Assembly: GCA_951406725.2 (NCBI GenBank)
Contig: OX597815.1
Span: forward strand, 72,726,001 to 72,790,000
Direction of reading: 5' to 3'
DNA: 64,000 nt
From: Octopus vulgaris
Taxonomy: Eukaryota
Each line of letters begins with the position of its first letter. The first letter of the stretch is position 1. Shown here one piece after another: positions 12,751 to 25,020 of the stretch. Below the pieces are notes generated by a model that was not told the origin of the DNA, searched no databases, and saw nothing but the letters and a program-made list of their open reading frames with translations. The translations under genes were made by a program, and so were the position numbers.

Positions 12751-13732
12751 ATAGTGTAGACAGCCAAGATAACTGCAGAACATTATAGATGCATTTTTCG
12801 TACTTTAGTACATTCTGTAAAGTGGTTGGCATGAGAAAGTGCATCCAGCCATAGAAAGCATGTCAAAACTGAGACACTCGAGCAAGATGTGGTCCTATGC
12901 CCCACTGTATCCTATTGCATTGTCCAATCCATGCTAGCCTGGAAAGTGAACATGAAATGAGGATAAGGAAGCTGATGATCACTGTTTTGATATTACATAG
13001 TATAAGACAATTTTGTTGGTTTACAAGACTGAACAAAGTCAGCAAGTATTAAACACAATAAACCAATGCAGATAAAAAGCAGAAACAATCACCACCAAGA
13101 GAATTCCATAAGATACAGTAGTTGGTTAATAACACCCAAACACATGTTTAGATTCCTTCTAGTCTTTGGAGAACTGAAACTTAAAAAATTTGTTTTGGAC
13201 TAATTTCAGTTTCGTAATTGGCATAAGAAATGAGTGAAGGAGGGGGTTAGAAGCAGTCAATTACCATATTTTCCAGTATAAAAGTTTAAATGTTTCAGAC
13301 CAAAATTTACAGGAAAAAAAAAAAAAAAAAAATCGACTTGCACCTAGACAACTTTAGAGGACCAAAAATTTCATGTGAAATTCAGCAGGATTTGGGAAGA
13401 TATTGACAAATATTTGAAATGTTTACATTATATATTATGGTAACTTGTATCCTGGAAAATGCAGTATATTCCTTGTGAGGGGGTTTCATCTAGGAAATCT
13501 TACCTGTAGAATTATACAACAATTTTTAAAAAGTTTGTAACAACATAAAAAGAAGAGAAAATAAAAAGTACTAAAGGAGAAACAAAACAACTTGTTTTGT
13601 TGCTTAGTGGCAATAATTGTAAACTCCCAATGGAATACCTAAACTCTGATCCAGGAGGCAATAGTACCAAAAATATAAGATTGGGTGGAGTGAGCAGTAA
13701 TTGTCTGTCCACAATAATTAGGTTTTACTTAC

Positions 13733-13844
13733 AGGGATGAACTGTTGGTGAATAGGTGCGTCCTTACTCTCACGATTCTGTTCCGCTCGCTTCCGTACTG
13801 TTCTTCTCTTTTGATATGATTTTGTATGGATTGGAATGCCATCA
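13733..13844 (-). CDS. Axin: Axin coding exon (112 nt, phase 2 to phase 0)
   Basis: Pyrimidine tract plus ttacag acceptor; donor CCT|GTAAGT. Encodes DGIPIHTKSYQKRRTVRKRAEQNRESKDAPIHQQFIP, matching the Axin DGIP...HIP segment. Confidence 0.93.
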
Positions 13845-14165
13845 CTGTAAGAGAGAGAGAGAACATATACAGTTAGAGACTGAAACAAGAGAGGAGGAGG
13901 AGGAGAAAGAGGAAGACAAAGATACACAGAGAGGAGATTGAGAAGAGGTGATAATAAACATATACCCAGGAAAGATATATAGGTAGATATAGGTGTGTGT
14001 GTGAGTATGGAAAACAGGATGCTAAAACAAAATGTGCATATATATATATAAATAATGCTTTATATAATTATCATACATATATAATACCTTATATATGTAT
14101 AATACATATATATAACGCATTATACAAGCATATAATATATTACATAATAGGTATAATCCATTCTA

Positions 14166-14202
14166 TCTTTCAGAAGAAGAGTGAATACTCGAAACGTAAG
14201 GC
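14166..14202 (+). ncRNA. Degenerate minimal hammerhead-like motif (Penelope-type end)
   Basis: TCTTT-CAGAAGAA-GAGT(gaat)ACTC-GAAACGTA-AGG: perfect 4-bp stem II and palindromic ACGT stem III. The core reads CAGA instead of CUGA and stem I is weak. Confidence 0.4.
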
Positions 14203-15070
14203 ATTTCCTTCATCCCCACCACCATTTCCTGAGTGTCAAAGCAATATTAACTGCTTATTTTTTTTGACATCATCTTTGTGTTGTATTCTTTGCATCATAT
14301 ATGTGTGTGTGTGTGTGTGTGTGTAACATTGGTGCCATGAAAAATACTCCTAGTATGCAGTTACAAAGTGGTTGGCAATATTAAAGGTGTATCCGGCCAA
14401 AGCACCAATCTATGGGAATAGTGATTCCCTATAATAAACGGATCAGAGTGTAGAGAGCAGATGTAAATGGAATGATGATGATATATATGCATTATATATA
14501 TTCATATACATATATAATATGCATTACATATATATGAAATATCACTTGCTTAGCTGCCATTCAAGGGCAAGGATGACCTGCTAGGTTGTGCTACACGTTC
14601 ACTATTTGGTTTAGGTGCCTATTTAGTAGCAAGCGGATGCGAGCACCTTCTAGGCCTGGCTCTTCCAACTCTTGACCTGAGAGAACATCAAGGATGTGAT
14701 GATAGCTGAAGGAAGTGAAGGCAGTGTTTTCAGCCGCAGAGACTGATGCAATGTCAAATAAGCCACTTGGTCCAGAAATCATGAATACCAAGTAGTGTGA
14801 TTGTGGCCCTAAATTCATCAACCACAAGGTCATGAATATTCACATATGCAATAATATATCTGGTACATATAGATTTATTATAAATTATCTATATACCTTT
14901 ATTTTTATATATAAAAAATATCTGGTATATATATATTATACGTGATATTCATATACATTTGTTTATCTTTATTATATCTATTTTGTGTATGTATATTAAC
15001 ACACATCAGTTTTATATTATCTATATGGTATAAGTATATTTTTATAAATACATGTGCAAGTAGGTGTGTG

Positions 15071-15111
<41 letters not shown>

Positions 15112-15701
15112 GTGTATACATATATGCACATTTACATACACTTATACAGAAAATTTACAAATATATTGATGTAATATACACACAAACCATGCCTATACGC
15201 ATATACCTAGACAGACACGCTCTCTCCCATTCACACACAAATACTTTCTCTTTCTCTCTCTCACATATAAACAAATTATTTCCAGCTGCAACCTGAATGC
15301 ACTTCCTAATATTGGTACTTTATTACCTTACAGTCTGCCACTAGCCATATCTTGTAATGAATGAGGTACAAATATCAGAATGCTCTGAAACTCTAAAGCC
15401 TTATAAAATAGCAACAGAACCAAAACAGTTTTCAAATGTAAAAAAACTCTAAACGGTCTTTGTTAAACATCATCTGACATTTTAACGTATTGTTTTGGGT
15501 ACAGAGAGATCGCAGATTCTACGGATGAACCCCATAAATTCTTGCAGTGCAAATCTTTTTAAGAGTTGAGAACTTAAGAAATCTTAATGAGGTGGATGTG
15601 ATGTTCATGCGTTTAACCAAGGATGTTTAACAGGGAACAAATAAAGCATCTGAATGCTGAAAATGAGATTAAATGTAGATTTTACTTTGGACCCCTGCAT
15701 C

Positions 15702-15945
15702 TGTGGTTCCCAACCCTTTTTTGCTTTTTTTTTTTTTTTTAACATACGGACCCCTTCGATTCGTATTTTATTTATTCTATTGGACCCTCGCTGTTTAAAA
15801 AATCCTATTATATTTTTATAATTAAATAATATTAGGAATTATATTAAAAAAATTGTTAAAATACTTTGTATATTGAAATATAATCAATTTATTGTAAATA
15901 AATTTCAACAACAAAATCTTATATGGACCTCTTTTGAGAGCCATT
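15702..15945. mobile_element. Degenerate hAT (Charlie-like) MITE
   Basis: Left end ctgtggttcccaacc resembles a CAGTGGTTCCCAAC TIR; right end ttgagagccattg; internal ggacccc repeats. Confidence 0.5.
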
Positions 15946-16351
15946 GTTCTATATTAAAAGTCAGAATTAATTGATATTCAATCTTTAGTTAGTTCAGATC
16001 GAGTTGACCCATGGTCAAAAGGATTCCAGCCATGACCACCCCATATTAAATTTCAAAATAGGAAGCGTTACGTTATGTAACATGTACTTAGAGGGAGTAT
16101 TCTTACTACTTCGATGGTGTCATTATTGTTTGGATGGTCTAACATGTCAAGAAGGTCTTGTAATCAACCAATAGTAACTGGAGTCTAATGTAATGGACGA
16201 GAGAGTGAGAGAGAGAGAAATTAGAGAGAGAGAGAGAGATTAGAGAAATATGCAGAAAACAAAATAACGAATGTTGACATCGCTGTCACATGAAATAACG
16301 AAACAAAGCAACATGACCGGAGAAAAAGATTAAAAGGCAACAAGATAATCA

Positions 16352-16623
16352 CAATATTTACTCGTGTATAAGTCGCACCCCTAATGTTAAATCTTGGTAC
16401 AAATATTTTTACCACACCATAATTTTAGCTTTAACATCGTGTAAAAGTCGAACCCCAGTTTAAATCAAGTATACATAGGTAAATACGGTATGTGTGTGTA
16501 TGAACAATATATAAGTATATATATAACGGATTCACTTGTAAATAAGTCGCACCCTATTTTCTTTTCTTTCAGTTAAAAATCAACAATAAAATACTGCGAC
16601 CCCTTATATACGAGTAAATACAG
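16352..16623. mobile_element. Degenerate Tc2/pogo-like MITE
   Basis: Inverted ends tatttactcgtgtataag / cttatatacgagtaaata; internal repeats of taagtcgcaccc. Confidence 0.65.
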
Positions 16624-16862
16624 AAATTAGTCTCGAAAGCGGAGAACTAGGGGAGAAATAGACAAAGACAAAAAAAACTTGAAAAAAGAAATAATGAAAA
16701 GAATTTGAAAAAGACAACAACAAACTTTGGATTTTAACAAACAATTACATCACAGTTTTTCTTTTCTTATGGACACACAGACACACACACACACACATAC
16801 CAAACAACATCAATAACAACAATGAGAATAACAAATGGAAAATAAGCGTGAAATAAACCTAC

Positions 16863-16936
16863 ACTAGGAACTGTGATAGCCAGTCGGCAGCTGAGAGAGA
16901 TTGGCAATAAAGATTAATCGTTTGAAGAAGTACCAT
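16863..16936 (-). CDS. Candidate alternative first coding exon of Axin (MVLLQTINLYCQSLSAADWLSQFL-V)
   Basis: ATG at 16936, 24 open codons plus 2 nt, then GT|GTAGGT. The phase-2 end matches the acceptor of the DGIP exon. Lies just downstream of a CpG-retaining, transposon-poor region. No transcript evidence available. Confidence 0.3.
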
Positions 16937-16939
16937 TTA

Positions 16940-18235
16940 GTTAGGGAAAAAACCCCAGCAAATTTGCATGTGTGCAACAGCCAAGGAAATATATGGTGAT
17001 GATGATGGTGGTGATGGTGGCGGTTATATGGTAGTGGGTAAGAGAACTTATTCCTTTATAAGAAACAAAAACAACACTTGTATTTATACACATGAGGATT
17101 TAAAAAAAACCAAACACAAGGAGCTACATGTGTGTGTGTATGTGAGTGTAATAAATATAGATTTGATATGTTAAGGTAAAGGTTCTCGCTTTGGTTCCGA
17201 AGAGTTAGCGCGGCCGGCGGCAGGTAAAATCCACCTTCTGGAGATAGTATTAAACAGTCAAGTCTTGTTTTGTATTGTTTTTAGCTGTTCCAAAACTTGG
17301 CAGCACACAATGATTATAAGTAATAAATAATATACAATAAATAACAACAGCAGAGTGGAGCTGTTTGCGGCCAGGAACAAACGACAGCCGACGACTAAAT
17401 GACACACACACGAAAAAACAGCAGCAACGTAGAGCAAGCAGAAGCAGAGAGCAAGCACACACTCGCTCCTTGCTGTTTAGTAATATAATATAATAATATA
17501 ATGATATAAAAAGAGGAGAGAGAGGAAAGAGAAAGAGAGAGAGAGGACACTGCAAAATGAAACAATGTTTTCGATGTCCCCAAATTATTTAGATCAAAAG
17601 AAGCGAAAGAGAGAGAGAGAGAGAGAAAGAAAACATAGAAAGGAGGTGGTAGGAGGGGGGGAGCGAAAGATGTAGTGGGAGGAAGATTTTTCAACTGCAC
17701 ACCAAAAGTTCTCAAGCTGCTGCTACTACAACTATAATAACTATTACCACCGCTACCACCACCACCACTGGATCCTCTCGCTGCAAAAATACTGTATTAA
17801 CGGTTGTGGCGGCGATGGTGGTGGCGTGGTGGCAGCTGTAGTAGTTGTAGTGGCAGGAGCAGCAGTAGTAGTAAGAGAGAGGGAGAGAGAGAGAGAGAGG
17901 CAGTGTCAAGCAGAAGGCTGGTCAGAGAACACAAGGAAGATGCCAAGAAGCTGTTTGCTTTGATGTTGCCGACAAAACGAAATCATAGCTATCAGTTGTG
18001 ATGCTTAGCTCCTCCCTATCATCGATTGATGCAAAGGCACACGCGTCCGCTCTCTCTCGCGCGCACACACACACACACACACACACATACATACAAACAC
18101 ACAAACAAACCAAAGCAGGCAAGAGCACCACCGTAACAAACACACGTACACACGGCAGTTTATCTGTAAACACAATAATGACAGTACAACTGTACACACA
18201 CTGTAGGATAGTTGTCACCGATACACAAGGAGCCC

Positions 18236-18278
<43 letters not shown>

Positions 18279-18800
18279 ATATGTATGTATGTGTGTGTGT
18301 AAAGGGGGAGGGGAAGTAAAAGTGTTAAAAGATTACGGGGAAAAATATATATTACAAAACGGTAGGCAGTGAAGGGCGGAAGAGAAGAGAGAAATGAGGG
18401 GTTAGAGTACAACAATAAATAGGTAACCATTGTCACTAGTGGTAGAGATATGCCACATGCTCGCGCGAAAGGAGGGGGGGTTAAGCAAATAAACTAAAAC
18501 TGTGTGTGTGTGTGTGTGTGCGCGCGTGATAGATAGATAATCTTGATCTCGGCCTTTGAAGTGGTTGTTAATGCTAATACAGATCTTGTTATGAAGCTGA
18601 AACAAAAATTGTGGCACAAGTGAGATACTTAGTTGATGAGATCGATCCCGCACCCACCCATCCACCCAGTATTTGACTGGTACTTAATTTTATTGATCCC
18701 GAAGCAGGATTCGAACTTAGAACGTAAAGCACTGGAAAAATTACCGCTAAGCATTTTGTCCGATGCACCTAACGATTTTGACTGCTCGCGGCCTTTATAG
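16940..18800 (-). promoter_or_regulatory. Candidate internal promoter/5'UTR region (CpG-retaining island)
   Basis: Transposon-poor, with CpG/GC-rich patches (gcgcggccggcggc near 17208-17221, cgcgcgc near 18058) and GA/CA tracts. TCF-type CTTTGA(T/A)G at about 17958 and 18554. The SINE copy at about 18600-18795 retains its CpGs. Confidence 0.35.
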
Positions 18801-21299
18801 TCACTGGGTTTTTGTTATAAGCACTAGGTTCTAAATCTATATGAACAGGAGGAAGGGAAGATTTGACGCCGTGACGTTCATGCGTTTCTCCAAACTATTA
18901 CATAATTGTCATTGATCTCCTTTCCCATTATAGGGACCCTACATGCCATTTCATGAGATAGCAGTAAGGGAGGAAATGGAAGTATTTTGTGATGCTCATG
19001 TGTTTCCCAAAGTAGGTTTAAGGACTCCAAAAAATGGTTTGTACTACAAATATGTAAACTTAATAGAGGAATACTAAACCACCCAAGCGTGTGCTGCTGG
19101 CAGGGCAAACAATAGCAACCAAATCTTCCTCATAAATCTTGACCTAATGAAGAGCAACACTGAACACTATAATCTCTTATATCATGGCTGGGTAAGGCCT
19201 TTAATTACAGGTCAGTTCAAATAAGATTGAACAACATTAACTTTATGCAATTTTTTGGAGGAAGTTTGGAAAGAGCTGTTCTGCAAAGTCCCACACCTCA
19301 TGGGAAATGAAAGGCAGACCTCCCCATTCCATCCAATCTTGTTTTTGTAACTGTGCTATATATATACAATAGAAATTATAATTCGGAAAATAAATATCAC
19401 CACTCCCCACCAACTTCTGTACTTATTTTTTTCTCTCCTTAAGGTATGGGACTTTGAAGGACAGCTGTTTTAGAACTGTCAGTAGCTTTATGGTAAGAAG
19501 TGTGCTTTCCCAACCACATGGTTTTGGGTTCGGTCCCACTGTACGGCACCTTGGGCAAGTGTCTTCTACTATCAAAGCTACTTTTAGAAGGAAGACAGCT
19601 GTCTAAATTAACCCTTGTATATTGCAGGTACCTATCAATCCTGAGTTGATCAAAGTCTTGTGAGTGAATTTGGTAGATGGAAACTGAACGAAGCCCATAG
19701 TATGAGTGTGTGTGTCTGTCCACCATCAATGCTTGACGTGCTTGTTTATGTCCCCTTAACTTAGTGGCTTGGCAAAAGACACCGATAGAATAAGTACTAA
19801 GGTTAAATTGTTTGACCAAACTCTTCAAGGCCATGTCATAGCATGACCGGAACCCAATGACTGAAACAAAAGATAAAAGATAAATGATGTGCCGATGGAA
19901 AATGTTGATTTATATGGCATTTCTTTATTGCTTGAGTCATAAGGAAGATTTTAAAAATAACAACAACTGACTAGATAATTAGGCTACTTTCAGAAGGAAG
20001 ACAGCAGTCTGAATTAACCCTTGTGTATTGCAAGTACCTATCAATCCTGAATAACTGAACTAATTTAATTTGAAACAGAAATCCCAAAGCACACACAAAA
20101 AAAGTTTGTACTCAACAAAACGTTTCCGTTCTTGTAATAAAAGAGCAAAAAGAAGTTCAGATCACACTTGTGTGGATATATTACATGTATTGCACCCCCA
20201 CCTCTCAAAGGATCTTTGTCTTGCAAGTTATTTGGTGACCCTGCCAATGCTGATGCCACATAAAAAGCATCCAGTCCACACTGTAAAGTGGCTGGCATCT
20301 GGAAGGTATCCAGCTGTAAAAACCATGCCAAAGCTGACCTCACCTGTACTGGTTCCATGTAAAAAACAGTCTTCTCTGTAAGGTGGTTGGTATTAGGAAG
20401 GGCTTCCAACCATAAAATCCAAGCCAAAATACGGAAGTCTGGTGCAGTATTTTGTGTGGCTAGCCCCTGTCAAACTGTCCAGCCCATGCCAGAATGGACA
20501 GCGGACATTAAACGACGATGATTGACATATAGTCTCGACATCGATATGAACAATGTGTGTGTGTGTGCGCTTGTATCTGTGATTGTTCACCAGTACCGCT
20601 TGAGAACCGATGTTGGTTTGGTAACGTCTATAATTTAGCTGTGCAGCAAAAGTGACCAGATAGATAAGTAACACACACACACACACAAAAAAAAAGAGCC
20701 ATGATTTGTTTGACTAAAACCTTCAAGGAGGTACCCCAGCATGGTCTCAGCCCAATAACTGAAACCAACATTAAAAGATATTTTGGGAGGATATCATGTG
20801 AAAAGGATCCAACTGGGAATTGAACCTGCAGTGCAGTTTAAGCTTGCTAAGAACATTCCTTTTGCTCTCCATACACCATCACACTGCCTGCAGGAAACAG
20901 CAGTCAAATCTATCAAACAACACCAAAATCCTCTGAAGGAAAGACGGCAACATTTGGATCCTATGTAGTTCTGGATTCACTATGTTTGGCCACAATTGGA
21001 ATGTCCTTAGATTAGGACGGCCTGTGGTTAAACATTAACAGTAACAACATAACCTTAACATTAAAGGCATCAGAAAGACCAGCAAAGTGATAGCTTGAGA
21101 GCCATTATCAAGTTATAGCCACCTCCTCTCTGATCCCCTTCCTCCACCAATAAGACCACAGCAACAGCATCTACAGAGGGATTGCATATCTCTATGGAAG
21201 AGATTTAGTGGAGGGAGAGAGAGGTCTTTGATAAAGAGTTTAGGGGGAGAGGGTGCATGTGTATACGTTGGGGGGAGAAATCATGCGTGTGCATGTATA

Positions 21300-22837
21300 A
21301 AAGTGTGCATATGAAGAGTATGCAGAAAGTGTGGAAAAAGTGTCTATGTATGCATGTATGTGGTGAGGGAGGGGGAAAAAGAGAGAGAGAGAGTAGGGGA
21401 ATGTAGGAGAGATAGAGTGTGTGCAGGTGTGACAAGAGAGTGCGTGGAGAGAGAGCATGCATGTGGGGGGAGCGTGTATGGAGAGAGAGTGTGTGTGTGG
21501 AGAGTATGCGTGCGTGTGTGGAGAGAGAGTGTGTGTGTGTGTGTGGAGAGAGAGAGAATGTGTGTGGAGAGAGAGTGTGTGTGTGGAGAGAGAGAGAGTG
21601 TGTGTGTGTGGAGAGAGTGTGTGTGTGTGTGGAGAGAGAGTGTGTGTGTGTGTGAGAGAGAGAGAGTGTGTGGGGAGAGAGAGTGTGTGTGGGGAGAGAG
21701 TGTGTGTGGGGAGAGAGAGAGTGTGTGTGGGGAGAGAGAGAGTGTGTGGGGAGAGAGAGAGTGTGTGCGTGTGTGGAGAGAGAGTGTGTGCGTGTGTGGA
21801 GAGAGAGAGAGAGTGTGTGGAGAGAGAGAGAGAGAGTGTGTGGAGAGAGAGAGAGAGAGAGAGTGTGTGGAGAGAGAGAGAGTGTGTGTGGAGAGAGAGT
21901 GTGTGTGGGGAGAGAGAGTGTGTGTGGGGAGAGAGTGTGTGTGTGGGGAGAGAGTGTGTGTGGGGAGAGAGTGTGTGTGGGGAGAGAGAGTGTGTGTGTG
22001 GAGAGAGAGAGAGTGTGTGTGGAGAGAGAGAGAGAGAGAGTGTGTGGAGAGAGTGTGTGTGGAGAGAGAGAGAGAGTGTGTGTGGAGAGAGAGAGAGTGC
22101 GTGTGGAGAGAGAGTGTGTATGTGTGGAGAGAGAGTGTGTGCGTGTGTGGAGAGAGAGTGTGTGCGTGTGTGGAGAGAGAGTGTGTGCGTGTGTGTGGAG
22201 AGAGAGAGTGTGTGTGTGTGTGTGGAGAGAGAGAGAGAGAGTGTGTGTGGGAGAGAGAGAGAGTGTGTGTGGAGAGAGAGAGTGTGTGTGAGGAGAGAGA
22301 GAGTGTGTGGGGAGAGAGAGAGAGTGTGTGTGGGGAGAGAGAGAGAGAGAGTGTGTGGGGAGAGAGAGAGAGAGTGTGTGTGTGTGGAGAGAGAGAGTGT
22401 GTGTGTGGAGAGAGAGAGTGTGTGTGTGAGAGAGAGAGTGTGTGTGTGTGGAGAGAGAGAGAGTGTGTGGGGAGAGAGAGTGTGTGTGGGGGAGAGAGAG
22501 TGTGTGTGTGTGGGGGGGGAGAGTGTGTGGGGGGAAAGAGAGAGTGTGTGTGGGGGGGAGAGAGAGTGTGTGTGGGGGGAGAGAGAGAGTGTGTGTGTGG
22601 GGGAGAGAGAGAGTGTGTGTGTGGGGAGAGAGAGAGTGTGTGTGTGTGGAGAGAGAGAGTGTGTGTGTGTGTGTGAGAGAGAGTGTGTGTGTGTGTGTGT
22701 GTGTGGAGAGAGAGTGTGTGTGTGTGTGTGTGTGGAGAGAGAGAGAGTGTGTGTGTGGAGAGAGAGAGTGTGTGTGTGTGTGTGGAGAGAGAGAGTGTGT
22801 GTGTGTGTGAGAGAGAGAGAGTGTGTGTGTGAGAGAG

Positions 22838-22889
<52 letters not shown>

Positions 22890-23335
22890 TGTGTGTGTGT
22901 GTGTGGAGAGAGAGAGTGTGTGTGTGTGTGTGTGGAGAGAGAGAGTGTGTGTGTGTGTGGAGAGAGAGAGTGTGTGTGTGGGAGAGAAGGAGAGTGCGTG
23001 TGGAGAGTGTTTGTGTGGAGAGAGAGTGCGTGTGTGGAAAGTGTGTGTATGTGTGGAGTGTGCGTGTATGTGTGGAGAGAGAGGGTGTGTATGCATGCGC
23101 GCAGAGAGAGGGTGTGTGCAGAGAGAGAAGGTGTGTGTGTGGAGAGAGGGTGTGAATGTGTATGGAGAGAGATCAACAGAGAGAGAGGGTGCATATATTG
23201 AGAGTGTGTGTTTGTTGAGAGTGAGAAAGAATCCCTGTGCATGAGGAGTGCGTGTGTGTAGAATATGCGTGTGTGCATAGAGGATGTCCTGTGTGAAGAG
23301 TACATATGTGTGTGCACGCACGCACACACACACCT
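21300..23335. repeat. About 2-kb compound (GT)n-GG-(AG)n microsatellite
   Basis: Alternating (GT)n and (GA)n blocks with a pure core at about 21500-22980 and degenerate flanks; source of the long spurious HTLS/ERVC ORFs. Confidence 0.97.
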
Positions 23336-23779
23336 ATATATTTATACCAAAAACCAGGTACAGCAAGTGTCTGTGTGTTCGACATGAATGCATAGCTGTA
23401 AACTGCATCCAAACTGCTCATACTTGTGCATGCCTGAACAACACAGCAATTAATATAAGTAGCACACACACACACACTGCACATGCTTTGCAATAATAAT
23501 AATAATTACACCCATCGCTACATGCTGTAACTCACCCTCCCTCCATCCACTTGCCTACAACTCTATCCCACCAAACTCCATATGTTTTCTTCTTCCCCAA
23601 CCATGAAATTGCAGTGATTCAGATATAATGAAATATTTTTACTATCTCTAAGTCTAGAAAGACTGGGTGGCGGGGAGAGGGAGAGAGAGGAAGAAAACAA
23701 ATTAAGACAACAAATTGTTGATTAGCCCCAAATTAGCCTTCATTGAGTAGCTCCTATAATTAAAGGCATTTCAGCTGTT

Positions 23780-25020
23780 AGCGAGCTGGCAGAAACGTTA
23801 GCATGCCGTATTTCGTCTGCCATTACGTACTGAGTTCAAATTCCGCTGAGGTCAACTTTCCCTTTCATCCTTTCGGGGTCGATAAATTAAGTACCAGTTA
23901 CGCACTGGGGTCGATATAATCGACTTAATCCGTTTGTCTGTCCTTGTTTGTCCCCTCTGTGTTTAGCCCCTTGTGGGTAGTAAAGAAACAAATTATTATT
24001 ATTATTATTGTCATGTATTTATTAAAGGTGGTGAGCTGGCAGAATCGCTAGCAATGCTGAGTGAAATGCTTAGCAGCATTTCATCTGTCTTTGTGTTCTG
24101 AGTTCAAATCCCACCAAGGTTGACTTTGCCTTTCATATTTTCAGGATTGATAAATTAAGTACCAGCGAAACACTAGAGTCTATGTAATTGACTAGTCCTC
24201 TCTCCCAACATTTCAGGCCTTGTGCCTATAGTAGAAAGGATTATTATTATTATTATTAGTAGTAGTAGTAGTAGTAGATCACCATCACCGTGACCGACCA
24301 GGCTATCAGATGTTGTTACACATCGCTGGTCACAATGCGCTTCGCGAACAGGTCAACAGAAGAAAGAGTGAGAGAAAGTTGTGGCAAAAGAATACAGCAG
24401 GGTTTGCCACCACCCCCTGCCGGAGCCTCGTAGAGCTTTAGGTGTTTTCGCTCAATAAACACTCACAACGCCCAGTCTGGGAATCGAAACCGCGATCCTC
24501 CAACCGTGAGTCCGCTGCCCTAACCACTGAGCCATTGCGCCTCCACAGTAGTAGTATATAGTTATGGAAAACGGACGTTAAACGAAGATGATGATGATTA
24601 TTTAAGGTGGCGAGCTGGCAGTCATTAGCACAATGTGGCGTTTCGTCCATTTTTACGATCCGAGTTTGACTTTGCTTGTCATCCTTTCAGGGTTGATAAA
24701 ATAAGTACCAGTTAGGGCACTGGGGTGAATGTAATCAACTTACTCACCTTGCATGAAATTGCTGGCTTTGTGCCAAAATTTGAAGTTATTAATAAATTAT
24801 TATTTAAAGGAGCAAGTTCACCGAATCGTTACTGCACTGGACAAAAAGCTTAGCAGTATTTCTTCTGGCTTTACACTACGAATTCATATGCTACCACGGT
24901 TGACTTCACCTTTCATCCTCTTAGGGTTGATGAGATAAATACCAGTTGAGAACTGGGGTCAATGTAATTGATGAACCCTTGCCCCACAAATTTCAGGCCT
25001 TGTGCCTATAGTAAAGGATT
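23780..25020 (+). mobile_element. Array of four family-A SINEs, interrupted by a family-C SINE and a tiny RTE tail
   Basis: Units at about 23780, 24027, 24605 and 24807; RTE tail atggaaaacggacgttaaacgaagatgatg at about 24565-24598. Confidence 0.85.
24278..24546 (-). mobile_element. tRNA-derived SINE, family C (other copies near 58636-58910 on - and 39320-39610 on +)
   Basis: Minus-strand head ggaggcgcaatggctcagtggttagggcagcggact...ggtttcgattcccag with A and B boxes; flanked on both sides by AGTAGTAGTA. Confidence 0.85.

Noticed and set aside
20783-21200. Coding-like composition (also 14560-14830 and 60830-61170)
   Set aside because: Multiple stops and no motif I could recognise; probably old retroelement debris.
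21205-23496. Long ORFs of up to 697 aa on both strands
   Set aside because: They are translations of a stop-free GT/GA microsatellite (HTLS/ERVC repeats) and have no coding signature.
24470-24546. tRNA gene candidates (also near 27956, 39320 and 58840)
   Set aside because: The A/B-box heads continue into SINE bodies, with no complete acceptor stem or terminator.
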